Shown here: piece by piece, positions 27,761-41,470 of the stretch
Layout: the number at the start of each line of letters is the position of its first letter
How positions within the stretch are numbered: the stretch's first letter is position 1
DNA from: Octopus vulgaris
Taxonomy: Eukaryota
Assembly (NCBI GenBank): GCA_951406725.2
Contig: OX597832.1
Coordinates: 8,184,001 to 8,248,000 of the forward strand
DNA: 64,000 bases
Reading direction: 5' to 3'
Translations under genes and position numbers: made by a program
Notes under the pieces: model-generated
What the model was told of the DNA's origin: nothing
Databases searched by the model: none
Seen by the model: the letters and a program-made list of their open reading frames with translations, nothing else

Positions 27761-29397
27761 TAAGTACGTCTGAGTCACTTTTGATGAAATCTCTCCAGCA
27801 TCTTTATATGAAGCTTGTAAGTGGTCCAGGTCATTCTTGAATAAAGAAGTGCAGATAGTACACACACTTTATAGATACTGACTTTTGTCTGCAGGGAAAT
27901 ACCTCTATTTGCCCATACTCGCTTTTCGTAACTGGAAATTGCTAAGCTTCATCTTCAGCGTTGTATGTGAGTTTGTATGTCATATCCATATGTATCCATG
28001 TATGTCAGTGTTCGTTAATATTGCATATCCATATTTATTGCTTAATCTTCTATATTTAGCATAAAAAGCAAAGAGGAAACTCATCTTTTATACATTGATA
28101 TCTCCAAAGCTTTCTGTTTTTTTCAGTAATTTTAAAACAGATCAATGTATATATTTAATTTTAAATCCATTTTAATTAAAAAACGGCAACAAAAAATATG
28201 TTAATATATAATTCTCAAATATGTTTGTTTGTACTTAATCGAAATACGTTGTCAGAAACTAAATATTACCTGAAATAGCATGAGAATATCAAATCAAATT
28301 TACATAGAAAGTGATTTCTTTGTAAAAGAAAATTCTGGTCATTAACGTTTGTCTTGTCAAAAATTCCTGGAGATAGTTAATTGATACTTTTCTGTATACG
28401 TGATCGATAAAATTACAAACATTAATGTACTCGATTTCATTTAATCGATTATATTTTATTGTCAATTTGTCACATTGTACTGAATTTAGAAATTAATATT
28501 TGTTTCTTTGTTATTGTTTTCTGCGATTGAGTCTCAATGGAATGGAGAAATAATAAAATATAATCTATCCATGACCATACAACATAATTTCTAGACGTAT
28601 TGTATTTCAACAGCATTATACAGTACGTCTTTTCCTTTCTGTTTAGGACAATACGGTGTGATTTGGGAATAAATTATTGCGTACCTATCTGAAGAATGTT
28701 AGCTTTGAAACTATCTTGTTAATTCAAAATAAATATTTGCTAAAATTCGGGATGGGTAACATGTAAGAAGCAGGAATGACAATCTTATGGCATTCATTAC
28801 ATATTTGTATAATTCTCGAAGCAAGCTATAAGTAATACATTAGAATGTTACATATATTGTCACACAAAGAGTTTTAATTAATCAAATTTATTTATTTGAA
28901 GTACCTTGACTAGTTACACAAAGTAAGAGAATTGGAGGTAGTACAGGAGAAAGTGTATGTGGCCATAGAAACAGCAGGCTCTCTGAGGTTAACAACATTG
29001 TCGCAGCTGAGTTACTGCTGGGATAATTTTCAGTTGGAGGATGCAAAAATATCGTTAAGCATGTAATTCAAGCAAACTTAAATTTTGATGACAAGGCCTG
29101 GCCAACATCGGAAGTGATGATATTGAGATTGATATTATATGGTGAAGAAAGAAGTGAGTTGGGTGAAACTGAACGGAAGTGACGTGACACAAAACCAGCC
29201 AGATCAAAGACGTAGAGGCTTTTCTAGTGATAGTAGAAAATGTAAAGTGTGACTATCATATGTTTCTGGGACAGAATGTGGTGTATATTCGAAGGCCACT
29301 AAAGATTTTGTCAGCTCGCCGCCTTAATTCTCCGCATCTCTTTCCCTCTCTCCTCTTCTCTCTCTGCATGAGTCTCTTTCTGTCTGCCTGTCTCTGT

Positions 29398-29680
29398 ATA
29401 TACCCTCCAGCCTTCATCAAGTGTTTTGGAGGAGTTTTGAATATGGGTTCACATTCCTAAGATATTTTTCCATCTTGTGGTTATTATTATTATTCAGATC
29501 ACTGCCTGGAATAGAACTCGGAATCTTGGGGTTAGTTGCCCTCACTCTTAACAACTACGCCATATGGTGAAGGTGTGTCAGCCGAAACGTTGTGTTAACA
29601 ACAAACGAGATGAGGGAAAAGATCTACCAAATGTAAATAATGTACATTATTCCTCATCTCTTAAATACAGAACTTTATTA
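29398..29680. mobile_element. tRNA-headed SINE with a hammerhead-containing tail, 5' part inverted
   Basis: Minus strand 29566-29398: TGGCGTAGTTG (A box), anticodon-like arm GGG-CAACTAA-CCC, GAGTTCTATTCC (B box), (AAT)n, then AACAC-TTGATGA-A-GGCTG-GAGGGTATA. Plus strand from 29567: ...GTGTGT-CAGCC-GAAA-CGTT-GTGTT, then a GAGATGAGG/CCTCATCTC hairpin. Confidence 0.7.
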
Positions 29681-29989
29681 TATTACATATATAAGTGCAA
29701 ATGGCTGAGCGCTCCCCACCACAAATATATATATATATATATAAATGTAATAAACATATATTATTCGGGAAATATAATTTTTATCCAACCATCCATGCCT
29801 TCATCTATTGGCCGGTGTCTTTCAATCAATATTCCCATTCGATGCATGAAAATAAAGCCACATAAATTTCTGTTATGTTTTTGAAATGCATATTAACTCT
29901 CATGATAAAAAAAATTGCGTATTTTCACCCACACCCACATTTATATATCTATATACAAACACAGAAAATCATGCACGATGAGATTGGAT

Positions 29990-30185
29990 TAGAATTTAGG
30001 CAAAAGGCCAATAATTTCGCGAAGAAGGTAAGTCGATCACATCGGCACTAGTGCTCAACTGGTACATATTTTATCGACCATAAAAGGATGATAGCAAATC
30101 GACCTCGGTGGAATTTCAATACAGATCGTAAAGATGGACGAAATTCCGCCCTGCATTTTGCCCGGCGTGCTAACGATTCCGCCTT
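29990..30185 (-). mobile_element. SINE family A (older subfamily)
   Basis: Contains CAACTGGTAC...ATCGACC...AGGATG...CGACCTCGGTGGAATTT...CCCGGCGTGCTAACG. Confidence 0.75.
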
Positions 30186-31803
30186 CACACACGCCTGAAT
30201 TAAAAGTAATTTAATTATAGTTGGTAATAAAGCTGTATTTCATTTTATAAATTGTTATATTTTATTTTGCGATGTCGGTTTTCTATTATGTCTGTGTTTT
30301 CCTCCTCTAGAACACGGTTATTTCGATTTTAATTTGTCACTTGAAAATGACATTAGCAACCGTAAGAACCGCAAATGATAAATAATATTACTAATATTTA
30401 TTATATTAATTACATTATCGTTTTCATTCTAGCTGTTGTTGTTATTATCATTATAATTATTAATATTATTATTATTATTAATATTTTCATTATTATTATC
30501 AGCTTAATTAGTATTATCATCATAATTATTATTCTCTCTTTTAATTATTATATGAATAAGCATGAAATTACACAAGCCTGACATGTCCATATTTTCTTTT
30601 CGAAAATGTTAGCAAATCAAACCAAATCAAACCAAACCGATATTTCATGTTATTTATTTATTGTTTTTGTTTTTGATTCGAAATTTCTACAATTTACGTC
30701 AGGCAGCACTTTGGCTTCCGTTTTCATATTTTGGTTTGCTTTCTTCTTTTGCATGGCATACAGAAGTTACTTTCTTGTTGATGTTAGAGTTTAGTTGAAT
30801 TATTAATTAATGATAAAAGTATAATTAATTAAATAAATGATTATATTAATTATATTAACCAAACATGGCTTTCAAAAGATATTGATTTTTTTGCTTTTGA
30901 TATATTGAAATGGAGTACACAATGAATATAACATCAGCAACAACAACAACAATTACAATATCAGGGACAGCGACAATGGTTTCTTAGAAAAAACCCAGCC
31001 CATCGATTTTTGAAACGAAAATATAAAATCCCTTAAAACAGCTACATCTTATTACCCGTATCGATTTTAGTGAAACAGTTGTTATGAAGTGCATAGACGA
31101 TTCAATCGAAATATAGTGCTTAAGCAGGGCCTTATGGATCTAACGCGTGTGTAAACTCATAAATTTTTATCTCAACATGTCAGAAGGTTTCGTAAATATG
31201 CAAGAAATCCAGTGGACAACTTTATCACTTTTTTCTTTTATTAAGAATGCAGGCATGAATTTCGCTTTCTTCAGCATTACCTTTCATCATTCTAGGATCA
31301 GGATAATATATAGCAGCCTATTTCGTTGCAAGTTTTCAGGAGATATTTGGCTTGAAGGTAATTTCGAGAACTTGAAGAGGGCCATGAAGATTATAATTCC
31401 TCCATAGGCTAAATCATTTAAAAAAAGGCTTTTGTTCTTATGTTCAAATTCCTATGTTCGAAGACGCGATAGCATGATGGTTTCATAGTTTATTGTATTT
31501 AGTTCCGTCCCTCTATACTTTATCTCAACTCTCCTGCTTTTGGGTTCCCACTTTCTCGTTTCTGAGCTTTGAATATAAGTAGCAGTAACATATTTGTAAT
31601 TCGATCCATTCATTAATACGCTTCCATGTAAATGTATGATTATCGTAGCATTGTATGTCTATATGGTACGGAAATTGTTTCGGAACTATGGAGATACGGG
31701 TTCGGTTTCTTTCCTGCCCTGTGGGAATGTTTTAATGCTCTCTCTCTCTCTCTCATCACACACTGCTCTTCATATATATAAGCATATGTATATATATATA
31801 ATG

Positions 31804-31846
<43 letters not shown>

Positions 31847-31929
31847 GGTCCCGGGTTGATTCGGGGTTAACCACAGTAAATAAGGTACTCAATACATAGC
31901 AGAGTAAAATTAATTTATTATATAGAAGG

Positions 31930-31980
31930 AGCTTCTACAGGACTAGAACTGTTTCATTCAAGAGAAATCTTCAGGAAGCT
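31930..31980 (-). ncRNA. Type I hammerhead ribozyme motif (minus-strand copy)
   Basis: Exact reverse complement of 32887-32937. Confidence 0.75.
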
Positions 31981-32338
31981 AGTTAACAAGAATTGTATTG
32001 GCATTTATACATTTAGGCAGGTTTAAAGGGGTGTTGGTGGGGGACTTTTTGGGGGTAGGCATAGCGCAAAATATCATACTTGGGGGAGTGGTCAAGGAGT
32101 CAGTGTTAAATTAGATAGAAGAATAAATAAAAAAAAAAAATAAAAAAAACAACAAAAAAAACACACACATATACACATATACACACATATACACATATAT
32201 ACACACATACACATACATACATATACACACATACACATACATACGTATACATACATACATACATCCATACATACATACATTTATACACATACACACACCC
32301 ACATACATACATATATATACACGCGCATATATATATCT

Positions 32339-32371
<33 letters not shown>

Positions 32372-32886
32372 CATATATACATATATATCTATACACACAC
32401 ATACATATACATACATACATATACAAATATACGCACACACATACATACATACTCATATACTCATACACGCACATACACATGTACATGCGTACCCATACAC
32501 ACACACACACGCGCGCATCCATATATACACATAAGTGTAAGTGTATATATATGTATATATATATGTGTGTGTATGTATGTGTGTATGTATATGTATATAT
32601 GTTTGTATGCGTGTGTATATATGTATACATATGTGCATAGGTATAAGTGAGAATCTCCTTATTTACCTAAAACTCTATTCCCCCTTTTTTTATATATATA
32701 TATATATATATATATTTTTATTTTTATTTTTTATTTTTTATTTATTCTTCTATCTAATTTAACACTGACTCCTTGACCACTCCCCCAAGTATGATATTTT
32801 GCGCTATGCCTACCCCCAAAAAGCCCCCACCAACACCCCTTTAAACCTGCCTAAATGTATAAATGTCAATACAATTCTTGTTAACT

Positions 32887-32937
32887 AGCTTCCTGAAGAT
32901 TTCTCTTGAATGAAACAGTTCTAGTCCTGTAGAAGCT
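32887..32937 (+). ncRNA. Type I hammerhead ribozyme motif
   Basis: AGCTTC (stem I) - CTGAAGA (core) - T TTC TCTT GAA T (stem II) - GAAA - CAG TTCTAGTC CTG TA (stem III ACAG/CTGT, GUA cleavage triplet, predicted cut after 32931) - GAAGCT (stem I'). Confidence 0.75.
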
Positions 32938-32953
32938 GCTTCTATATAATAAA

Positions 32954-33014
<61 letters not shown>

Positions 33015-33047
33015 TTATAAATATATATATTATAATATATATATATA

Positions 33048-33091
<44 letters not shown>

Positions 33092-33891
33092 TTATAAATA
33101 TATATATTATAAATACAATTATAAATAAGGGCATAAAGAAAAATAAATTCTTTGCCAATATGCTAAATTGTCTAACGAGATAAAATATGTGCATTTGTAT
33201 TATTACACCACGTGACTAAACGAGGAAAGCAAGCTAACAAAAGTTCATAGCTATCCCCGAATTGGTTCCGATTTCTGTATTCATCCAAAAAGGAATTTTC
33301 CTTCATCAGTGAGTAACACAAAAAAGAAGATACTTTGACATATCCACGGAAAAGCAAATGTGAAGTCATGTATACATTTAAGTACCCCAAATACATCCTA
33401 ATCTAAATTCCGTATCAAGCCTCTAATTATATGTGCATACATATAATCAGTATCAATATCACATAATGTATGTGAGTTGAAAAGCCAGACGCGGAGGATT
33501 TTCATCTTGGAAAATCTTTACATACGTACAGTGTTAAAAAAGGCAGTATAGACACTGCAATATGGAAATATAGTATAATAATAAAGTAAAGAGAAGCTAA
33601 AGCAAGATAAAATAATAAAGATTTCCAATTGTTGACTTGTCTTTCAGTAGATCATATTTAAAGATCAGTTATGAAGGAGCGTTGAACTTGCTTCTACTCG
33701 ACGTTTTAAAATAACTAGGCACGTATATAAATACCACAGGGGGTAACATTTTTTGTCAACATTCCAGTGGTAAGAAAATTAAGTGCTACCACTAAGTATG
33801 GAAGTAAATCTAATATTGCTGTGAAGCACCCTGAATGTGCTAGGTTTACGAAAATAGAAACAAATACCTTGATCTTTGCAAAGCAAATGTA

Positions 33892-34456
33892 TTAAGTTAT
33901 CCAGAAAGTTCGTGACGATTTTTAGTAGCTTACCTTTCGACTTATTTAAAACATGGTTGAGTCCATAAAATAGGATTTGACTACACCTTCATTTAGACCA
34001 CAGTTTAGGCTATCTTTTCGTGGATGAAGGCTTTGTTCCTATAACCTGTGTTAATTCTGTAACCCTTTAAAATGGAAGATAAGAAAGTTCATTTTCGGCA
34101 CTTGATGCTTCGGGAACCAGACAAAAGTTGTTGCAGCTCGGCTGGGATGTGTTACCTCACCCTCCATATTCACCAGATATTGCTCCTTCGGGTTTTCACT
34201 TATTCAGGTCTCTGCAGAATAGTCTTAATGGTAAAACATTTCAATTCCTTGGATGACGTAATATGGTACCTTGATGAATTCTTTGCCACGAAACCACCTC
34301 CGTTCTGGGAAGAGGGTATTTTCAAGTTAAAGGATAGATGGAGATGCATTGTGCAACAAAATGTTTCATATTTGGTTGATTAAAAATATAATGGCAAGTA
34401 TTTATTGATCTTTTTCTTTCTTTTAAAAATCGACACGAACCTTCCGGACAACCCAA
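33892..34456 (+). mobile_element. Internally deleted mariner element
   Basis: TIRs TTAAGTTATCCAGAAAGTTCGTGACGATTTTTA and TAAAAATCGACACGAACCTTCCGGACAACCCAA with TA on both sides. N-terminus MEDKKVHFRHLML is fused to the C-terminus GWDVLPHPPYSPDIAPS...FWEEGIFKLKDRWRCIVQQNVSYLVD. Confidence 0.92.
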
Positions 34457-36320
34457 TAGAATATAATGGTCGATATTTTAGTTTCGTTACAGATGTTGCT
34501 GCTGTTATTGACTTTCGTCACAAACATTGATGATTACATTATAATCAGTTCCAATTATCACTGGGTGTCAAAATTAACACATCTGACGCATTTCCGGGCA
34601 GATATGTCAAATAGGACTACTGCAGGATATGAATATTTTTTCCGGTCAAATCTTTGGTATAGAGAAGAAAATTCGAGTGTTAATAATTGTCTGGCGTCTT
34701 TAATAATTTCAAACATTACTTTTATTAAATGATTATCTCTTTTTACAAACAATCACGATCGCTTTCAACCATCATCGTTACCGCGAAGCAGTCGCTTGAT
34801 TTGTTTGAAATAACATCACGCTTATCGTTCTCAAATCTCAAACTACTCCCTGATATGCAAGAATGACACGTTGGTTAATGTAGTTCTAGGTATAATATGC
34901 TTGACGAGAAGACAATGTAAGATTTATAACTGGAGCATTTAATATCATGGGCCTACTTGCTCAAAGATAACCTGAACTTAATTATTCTATTAGCAAAATG
35001 CTGCAGGCATAGTCCTTCTAGTCACCCTTTGCTCTCCAAAAATGGACAGGCCTAATGAGTAATGTTGTCGTAGATACTGGTAAGAACTTGGGTGATTGAT
35101 TTATGCATTGGTATTGTTTTCTGCAGTTGCTGTTGTTGATAATAATGATAAGGATGAGAAGGTGTAGTCGGTGTTATTTTATTGTTCTTCCACTTGTAAG
35201 TATTGATCGATCATACAATTGATGAATGTTTTTCTATTGCTGACCATTCTGATAAAAGCTATTAATATTTTATTCATGATGATGGTGATGATGCTGATGC
35301 TGATGATATTGATGCCAACGACGGTAACGATAATAAAAATGATACTAGTCGTGGTCGTCGTTTTGAAGATGATTTTGATGATGATGTTTGCCCCCCTCAC
35401 GGAGATTATATCAAGGATATTGATATGATTTACATTCAGAGGATTCTTGAACATGCACACCTATGATCTAACCTTTTTTGTGGTGGTATTGCTCGTGGTG
35501 GCGATGGTGAAATATAATCCTCATCCTTGTGATCATAATGACGATAACAAGGATAGCAGCATTGACGATGATGTCAACTCTGAGTTCCAATCAGCAGATC
35601 CCTTGCTTGTCCTATCCATGTATTGCACACAAAAATATCTGATAAAAAATATTTCCATTTCGCCTTTCAATCAATCTTTATGACAATATGAAACTTACTC
35701 AGAAATAAATTTGATGTCGATGACAACAATGATAATGTTGGTGATGAATGTGATCGATATGAAGTTTATTTGTGGTAATGATTTTAGACACGAGGTTGAT
35801 AGAAGATGGAGCGTAAAAGCATAGTATTAATGATGGTTATGTTTAAACATTGTTCTTCCTCTAGGAAATATATTTCTTAAGCATTATCAGAATATAAAGC
35901 AGCATTCACCTTGAACAGTCACCCGGTGTTAACAATGTACATATTTTAAAATTTTATTCTAACATTATTAAAACTGACAGCATTTCTGTTGTTATTGTGT
36001 TTGTTGTGACTTTTGTTATTGCTCATATTGTTCTCGATATTTTTGCTCATACTTTCTGCTGTCATTACTATATTGTTGTCGATATTTCATTTTTTGGGAG
36101 TGTTGCTTCGTAATGTTTTTGTAAATGTTGTTGGTCGTTGATGTTTTGTAAGGCGTAATAAATAAATTGATGCATATATTTCTCGGTGAATTTCACTAAA
36201 TACTCACTCAAGTGAGGCAAATATTTGATACAAATAGGATTTTAATTCAAAACATCAAGCGGATTGTAGAAAAAGATGTACAACAACAATAACGGCGACA
36301 ATAAAGTCACAAATAACACC

Positions 36321-36367
<47 letters not shown>

Positions 36368-37869
36368 TAATAATAATAACCGAACTATGAGCATACAAAA
36401 ATAATAGGAACTACAAAAATAACGAAAACAAAACTTGCAATTGATTATAGACACACATACACAAACGCGTGCGCACTAGAGCGCATGCATACGTAGATAG
36501 AAATATTCACTTATAAACACACATATGTAAACAAGCGCATACAATGATGTTTCTTTATAGATGAACCCATGAAGCAAAAGCTATAACAATAACTGTCACC
36601 AAACTTCGGCAATTTGTAATTTCTAAGAGCAATAAATTGCAATATATTGTAATACAACCTACTTTCTTATCTAACTATCAAATAACGATTAAAATTTAAA
36701 CTGCAGAAAACAAAATTAATAAAAATACACACAGCAGCATCAAAAAGAAAAGGAAATACTAAACATAATACGCGAACTTTTTTTATATTTTTGAATAACG
36801 TTAAATGGTTTTCCTTGTTCACTTCGCGAGTGATATAGTATCTTTCTAAGTAGGAAGATTAAAAATACATAAGAGATTAAAATTATATCAACTAACGTGA
36901 ATTTATGATGTTATCCGAAAAAAACCCAACAAATACTAAGAAAATGAATAGATGAGTTATTTCTCGGATAGTCTTCTAGTAAATTACATATTTGATGTTC
37001 TAGTAAATTTTAAGAGGTGTAATTTATTTCTCTTTTTGTGTTTTACTTTAGTATTATTTTCTTTATAAATTCTTCTGCGTTATCTTATGTTTAACTAACA
37101 GCAACAAATGCGCCTTTATGCGTTCGTTCCATCTCCAAGAAATAGCAACCATATTTCTCTAAAATCATACCCTCTCGACTTATGAAATGAATGGTATATG
37201 ATATTATACAATTTAAGATATATTATAGATATTAAAAGAAGTCCTTGGAAGACATTTAAACTTGGTCATGCTCAGTCAGGAGTGGTCTAAGATAGCCTAT
37301 AGTTATGCTGAGGTATACATTCTGCTGTCTTCAAGGTTAAATTTATATTATAGGATTTTCTGTTAGTATTCCTTTGTTTTGAAGTAAATTACCCGGCATT
37401 GTGTTTCTTTTATTGGGTTCGGGAATCTCTACTGACTGGACTGTGATCATATGAGGTCACTCCTCTCAGAAATTCCCATTATTGGACAGAAAATATTTTG
37501 CGACATACACTTCAAGAGATTCGGGGATTGAAAGCAACCATGATAATGTTGCTGCTTTCAACGTCTTCTGTAAGAGATCTGCAGCCCTGCCGATGCTTTT
37601 TAAATCTGTCATGAAAAGTTTCATTGTGAGAACAAATATAAATTATCGTCATACAACTACACCCACGATTTGTGATCACTTCCAATGTTTTCATTCACTT
37701 GGCTCATGGTAAGCTGTGACACAGGGCCCATATATGAGCTCAGCACTAAAACACTGTTATCACGGCACAGCGGGATAACTTGAATACTACCATCAGGGAT
37801 TTATATGAATAATACATTCTGTCAATGTCATTATGAAGAATGCTCAAGGCGATATAAGTGCTAGTTCCT

Positions 37870-37932
<63 letters not shown>

Positions 37933-38391
37933 CACTGATTCAAAATAGCAAAGAACATCTCAATCACTCCCAAAATATTCTCTTCCTAAACCCGAGGAAA
38001 CAAATTCAACTCCAGATGTTTTCGACTAACAAACACACATATATAAAATGTATAAATTTTTAACATACACCCTCGCTTGTATGTATGTATTTATATATGT
38101 ATGTATGCATTATATACGTACGTATGTACGTATGAACTCATACGTACGTACGTATGTATGTATGTATAATTCTAAATTATCTACCTCATAAGCAACTTAT
38201 ATACACAACTCAAATCACACAATGTTCCATACACCCTTTCCTGGTCCTTCGAAAGTGAGGCTCTCCCATAAAGGACAAACCTGAGTATTCGTGAAGTGTG
38301 TTTAAGGGAATCGCTTACCATCTTTCGCAATCACAAGCACTTATTACTTAATAGATTCTCAGATGTATCACTTTGCCGTCTTGTCGATAGT

Positions 38392-38800
<409 letters not shown>

Positions 38801-40519
38801 CTGTATTGGTCTGCAAAACCCATCGTATATCATACTCTAGTGAGCTTAGAATTTTACAAGCTGTACGTAACGTCGATACAATATCTTAATTTTTTTGAAA
38901 GAGAACTTTAAAAAATTATATTGCATGTATTGTATATCTAAAAAACTGTTCTGTTATTTTCCAAGAGAAATTCATTGCTGTATTTATACTTAGCTTAATG
39001 AGTCAACTATTAGTGTGTTTTGACATACCATTGATAGGTGTGTATTTCTCTTGAGTATCACATCATATGTACACATTCTCTTTTTCCAGGACTGGATTGT
39101 TCAATAATCTTAGAGGCTTTTGGTTGCTATTTCGCGCAAGTTATTGAGTCGTAAGTAAAGTGAGCCAGTGAAGGATACAATATGTTAAATTCAGAGGAAT
39201 GCATGACTCGAATCGCCCGCTCTTTGACGCAATGTCGATTTAGTGAGCTACAAATCACAGACGAAATTGAATATCAGTTGCAAAGTAACAGGATTGAAGT
39301 CACCGTCACTTATCTGTAAATAAGTGTACGTAGTTCAAATTCAGATATGTACAACGTTAAAATACATTTTATGTGGGCCAAAGATCAAACGAATACAAGC
39401 GGTTTGCAGATGTTATTTTAAAAAAATATTTGAAATTAGTAATCAGAAAATTTATAAGATTATGGGTTTTCTTTTAAAATGCATGCAAATCCGAGTTTCG
39501 GAACGCGTCTCAAATCTTTTGATGACGTTCTTAATAATATAAATATGTTGTGAACACACGTGGGTTCACGCGACATACATACATATATATATACATTCAT
39601 ATACATTCATATGCATACATATAAACATAGATACACACGCATAAAGCGCCTACATGAATACATATGTATGCAAACACACATATCTAAACTCTAAAATAGA
39701 ATAGATGTCACAAAATCCAACAAAAGTGAAAGTTAAACGTTATAAAATTTAATTCTCTCATTACATTGATATCAGCATGTGTATTTATGGGCAAAGGTGG
39801 AATTACGCACACCCGGTGTTTAGGTTTAGGGTTATGCCGAAAACGGATGGGGTACGTATTCTTTGCCTCCGCCTATTTTTGTACGTGTATATGAAAAATA
39901 ACGTGTGTGTGTGTGTGTGTGAGTAAGAGAGAAAGAGAGAGAGAGCGAGTGAGTGACACTCACACATATATGCAAAGAAAATTCATACATCACAACACAC
40001 ACCTTCACTAACTCACTATCTCACTCACTCACTTACTCACACACACACTCACTCACTCACTCACTCACTCACTCACTCACTCACTCACGCACTCACTCAC
40101 ACTCCCTCTCTCGCTCACACACATCCATTTCATATACACTTACATCTTTCACTTTCTCCTCTCACTTCAAAGCAAATGTCGCTTTTTCACTCTATCCTCT
40201 CTTTCAATTTCTGTTCTCTTCAAAGCATAAAGAAATTACAAGAATTTTATGGAAATTAACGAACAATTATATGATCCCATATATGTCGAGTTGACAACTT
40301 TACTTCTTCAAACGAAAGACTGCCATAAAATAATTTCCTTTCACACACACACAAACACACACACACGCGCACACACTCGCGCGCACACGCACTGACACTG
40401 TATGTACAATCTCTGTGCGAATTATGTTATTTCTTGCAGTGTGTACAAGAAAATCTATAGCTAAAATCCAATTGAAATGATCTTTTTTATTTTGCAATTT
40501 GTGTTTGTGATGAGCGTAT

Positions 40520-41470
40520 ATAAAAACCTTATCTTCGATACATACTTAAAAGAAAGTTTTCCCAGAAATCGTGTCCTCTACCTCTTATTTCTAGCATGTT
40601 CGAGGTGATATTTCCGCTCCCTTACCTAACTTTTTTCCTAGATTTCTTCTGATTCATATATTTACGATATAGACCATTAGGATTTCACCCACAAAACACG
40701 TTCTCAATATTTTAATTTTATCCCTCTCCCCGCCAAATTCATTTCTTTTCTTCGAATATTTTTTTCTTGGTAATCCATGGAGAAAAAAACAAAAAGTACG
40801 AATCTTTGAGAATTTTACCCGTCACCTCACCTCTTTCAAAAAGCTACACGCTTCCAAATACTCACTTTTAGCTTTCTGGAAAGCGGGGAAGTTTCTTCAG
40901 AAATAATGTCGTGTACATCTTGTTTCTAGCATGTCAGGTTTTCTGGTGGTGGTCTGGTGTTTTTTAAGTTTGCTATTTCTGTAGAATTCTACGCATGCAG
41001 AGAACATCAAACATAAGTGAAATCAAGTAGGTAATGGGTGGGCGAGGTTGTGGAAGGGGCATTGAGTGTTCTTTTAAAAATGATTAAACTATAAAAAAAT
41101 ATATGTATTTCCCTGGTTTTTAATCTCTGTATTTTGTACGTAGATTACAAAAATAATAGAAAACGTAAAAGTTATAAATTAAGAAATTGCGCTGAGGATG
41201 GAGGGAAACTAAAATTTTGAAAACGTGATTTCTGGACAAAATCATATTAACCCCCTTTTATACCATGAAATAGCTCATAGTTTGCGAAATAGCTCATTTT
41301 GATGCAAACCCATTCAAATTGTACCCTCCATTCACTTTTAAACAAACAATAACTTCCATTATGCTACTAACTATATATCAGTGGGGCTGATTCTGCCCAT
41401 AAGAAAGGAGCAAATATTACAATATGCATGTAGGTCATAATACCCGGGCAACGCCAGGATGCATTGCTAG
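40520..41470 (+). mobile_element. Non-autonomous Helitron (3' end clear, 5' boundary uncertain)
   Basis: GC hairpin CCCGGGCAACGCCAGG (41443-41458), then CTAG at 41467-41470 followed by T. Internal repeat CAGAAAT..TGTC...TTTCTAGCATG at ~40563 and ~40898. Confidence 0.65.

Larger units (their letters stand above)
31844..32958. mobile_element. Foldback element with ~240-bp inverted arms (Penelope pLTR/retrozyme-like), flanked by (TA)n
   Basis: 31909-~32149 is the near-exact reverse complement of ~32715-32958 (only a few differences). The spacer is mostly a mirror-oriented CA/TA microsatellite. Each arm holds a hammerhead motif. Confidence 0.85.

Noticed and set aside
29500-29566. Functional tRNA gene (also considered for the SINE heads at 21.3, 54.8 and 55.9 kb)
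   Set aside because: Acceptor stems do not pair and the sequences continue into SINE bodies.
33270-33320. Minus-strand CTGATGA followed by an AGGAA/TTCCT hairpin
   Set aside because: GAAA is not adjacent to stem II, and stems I and III could not be formed.
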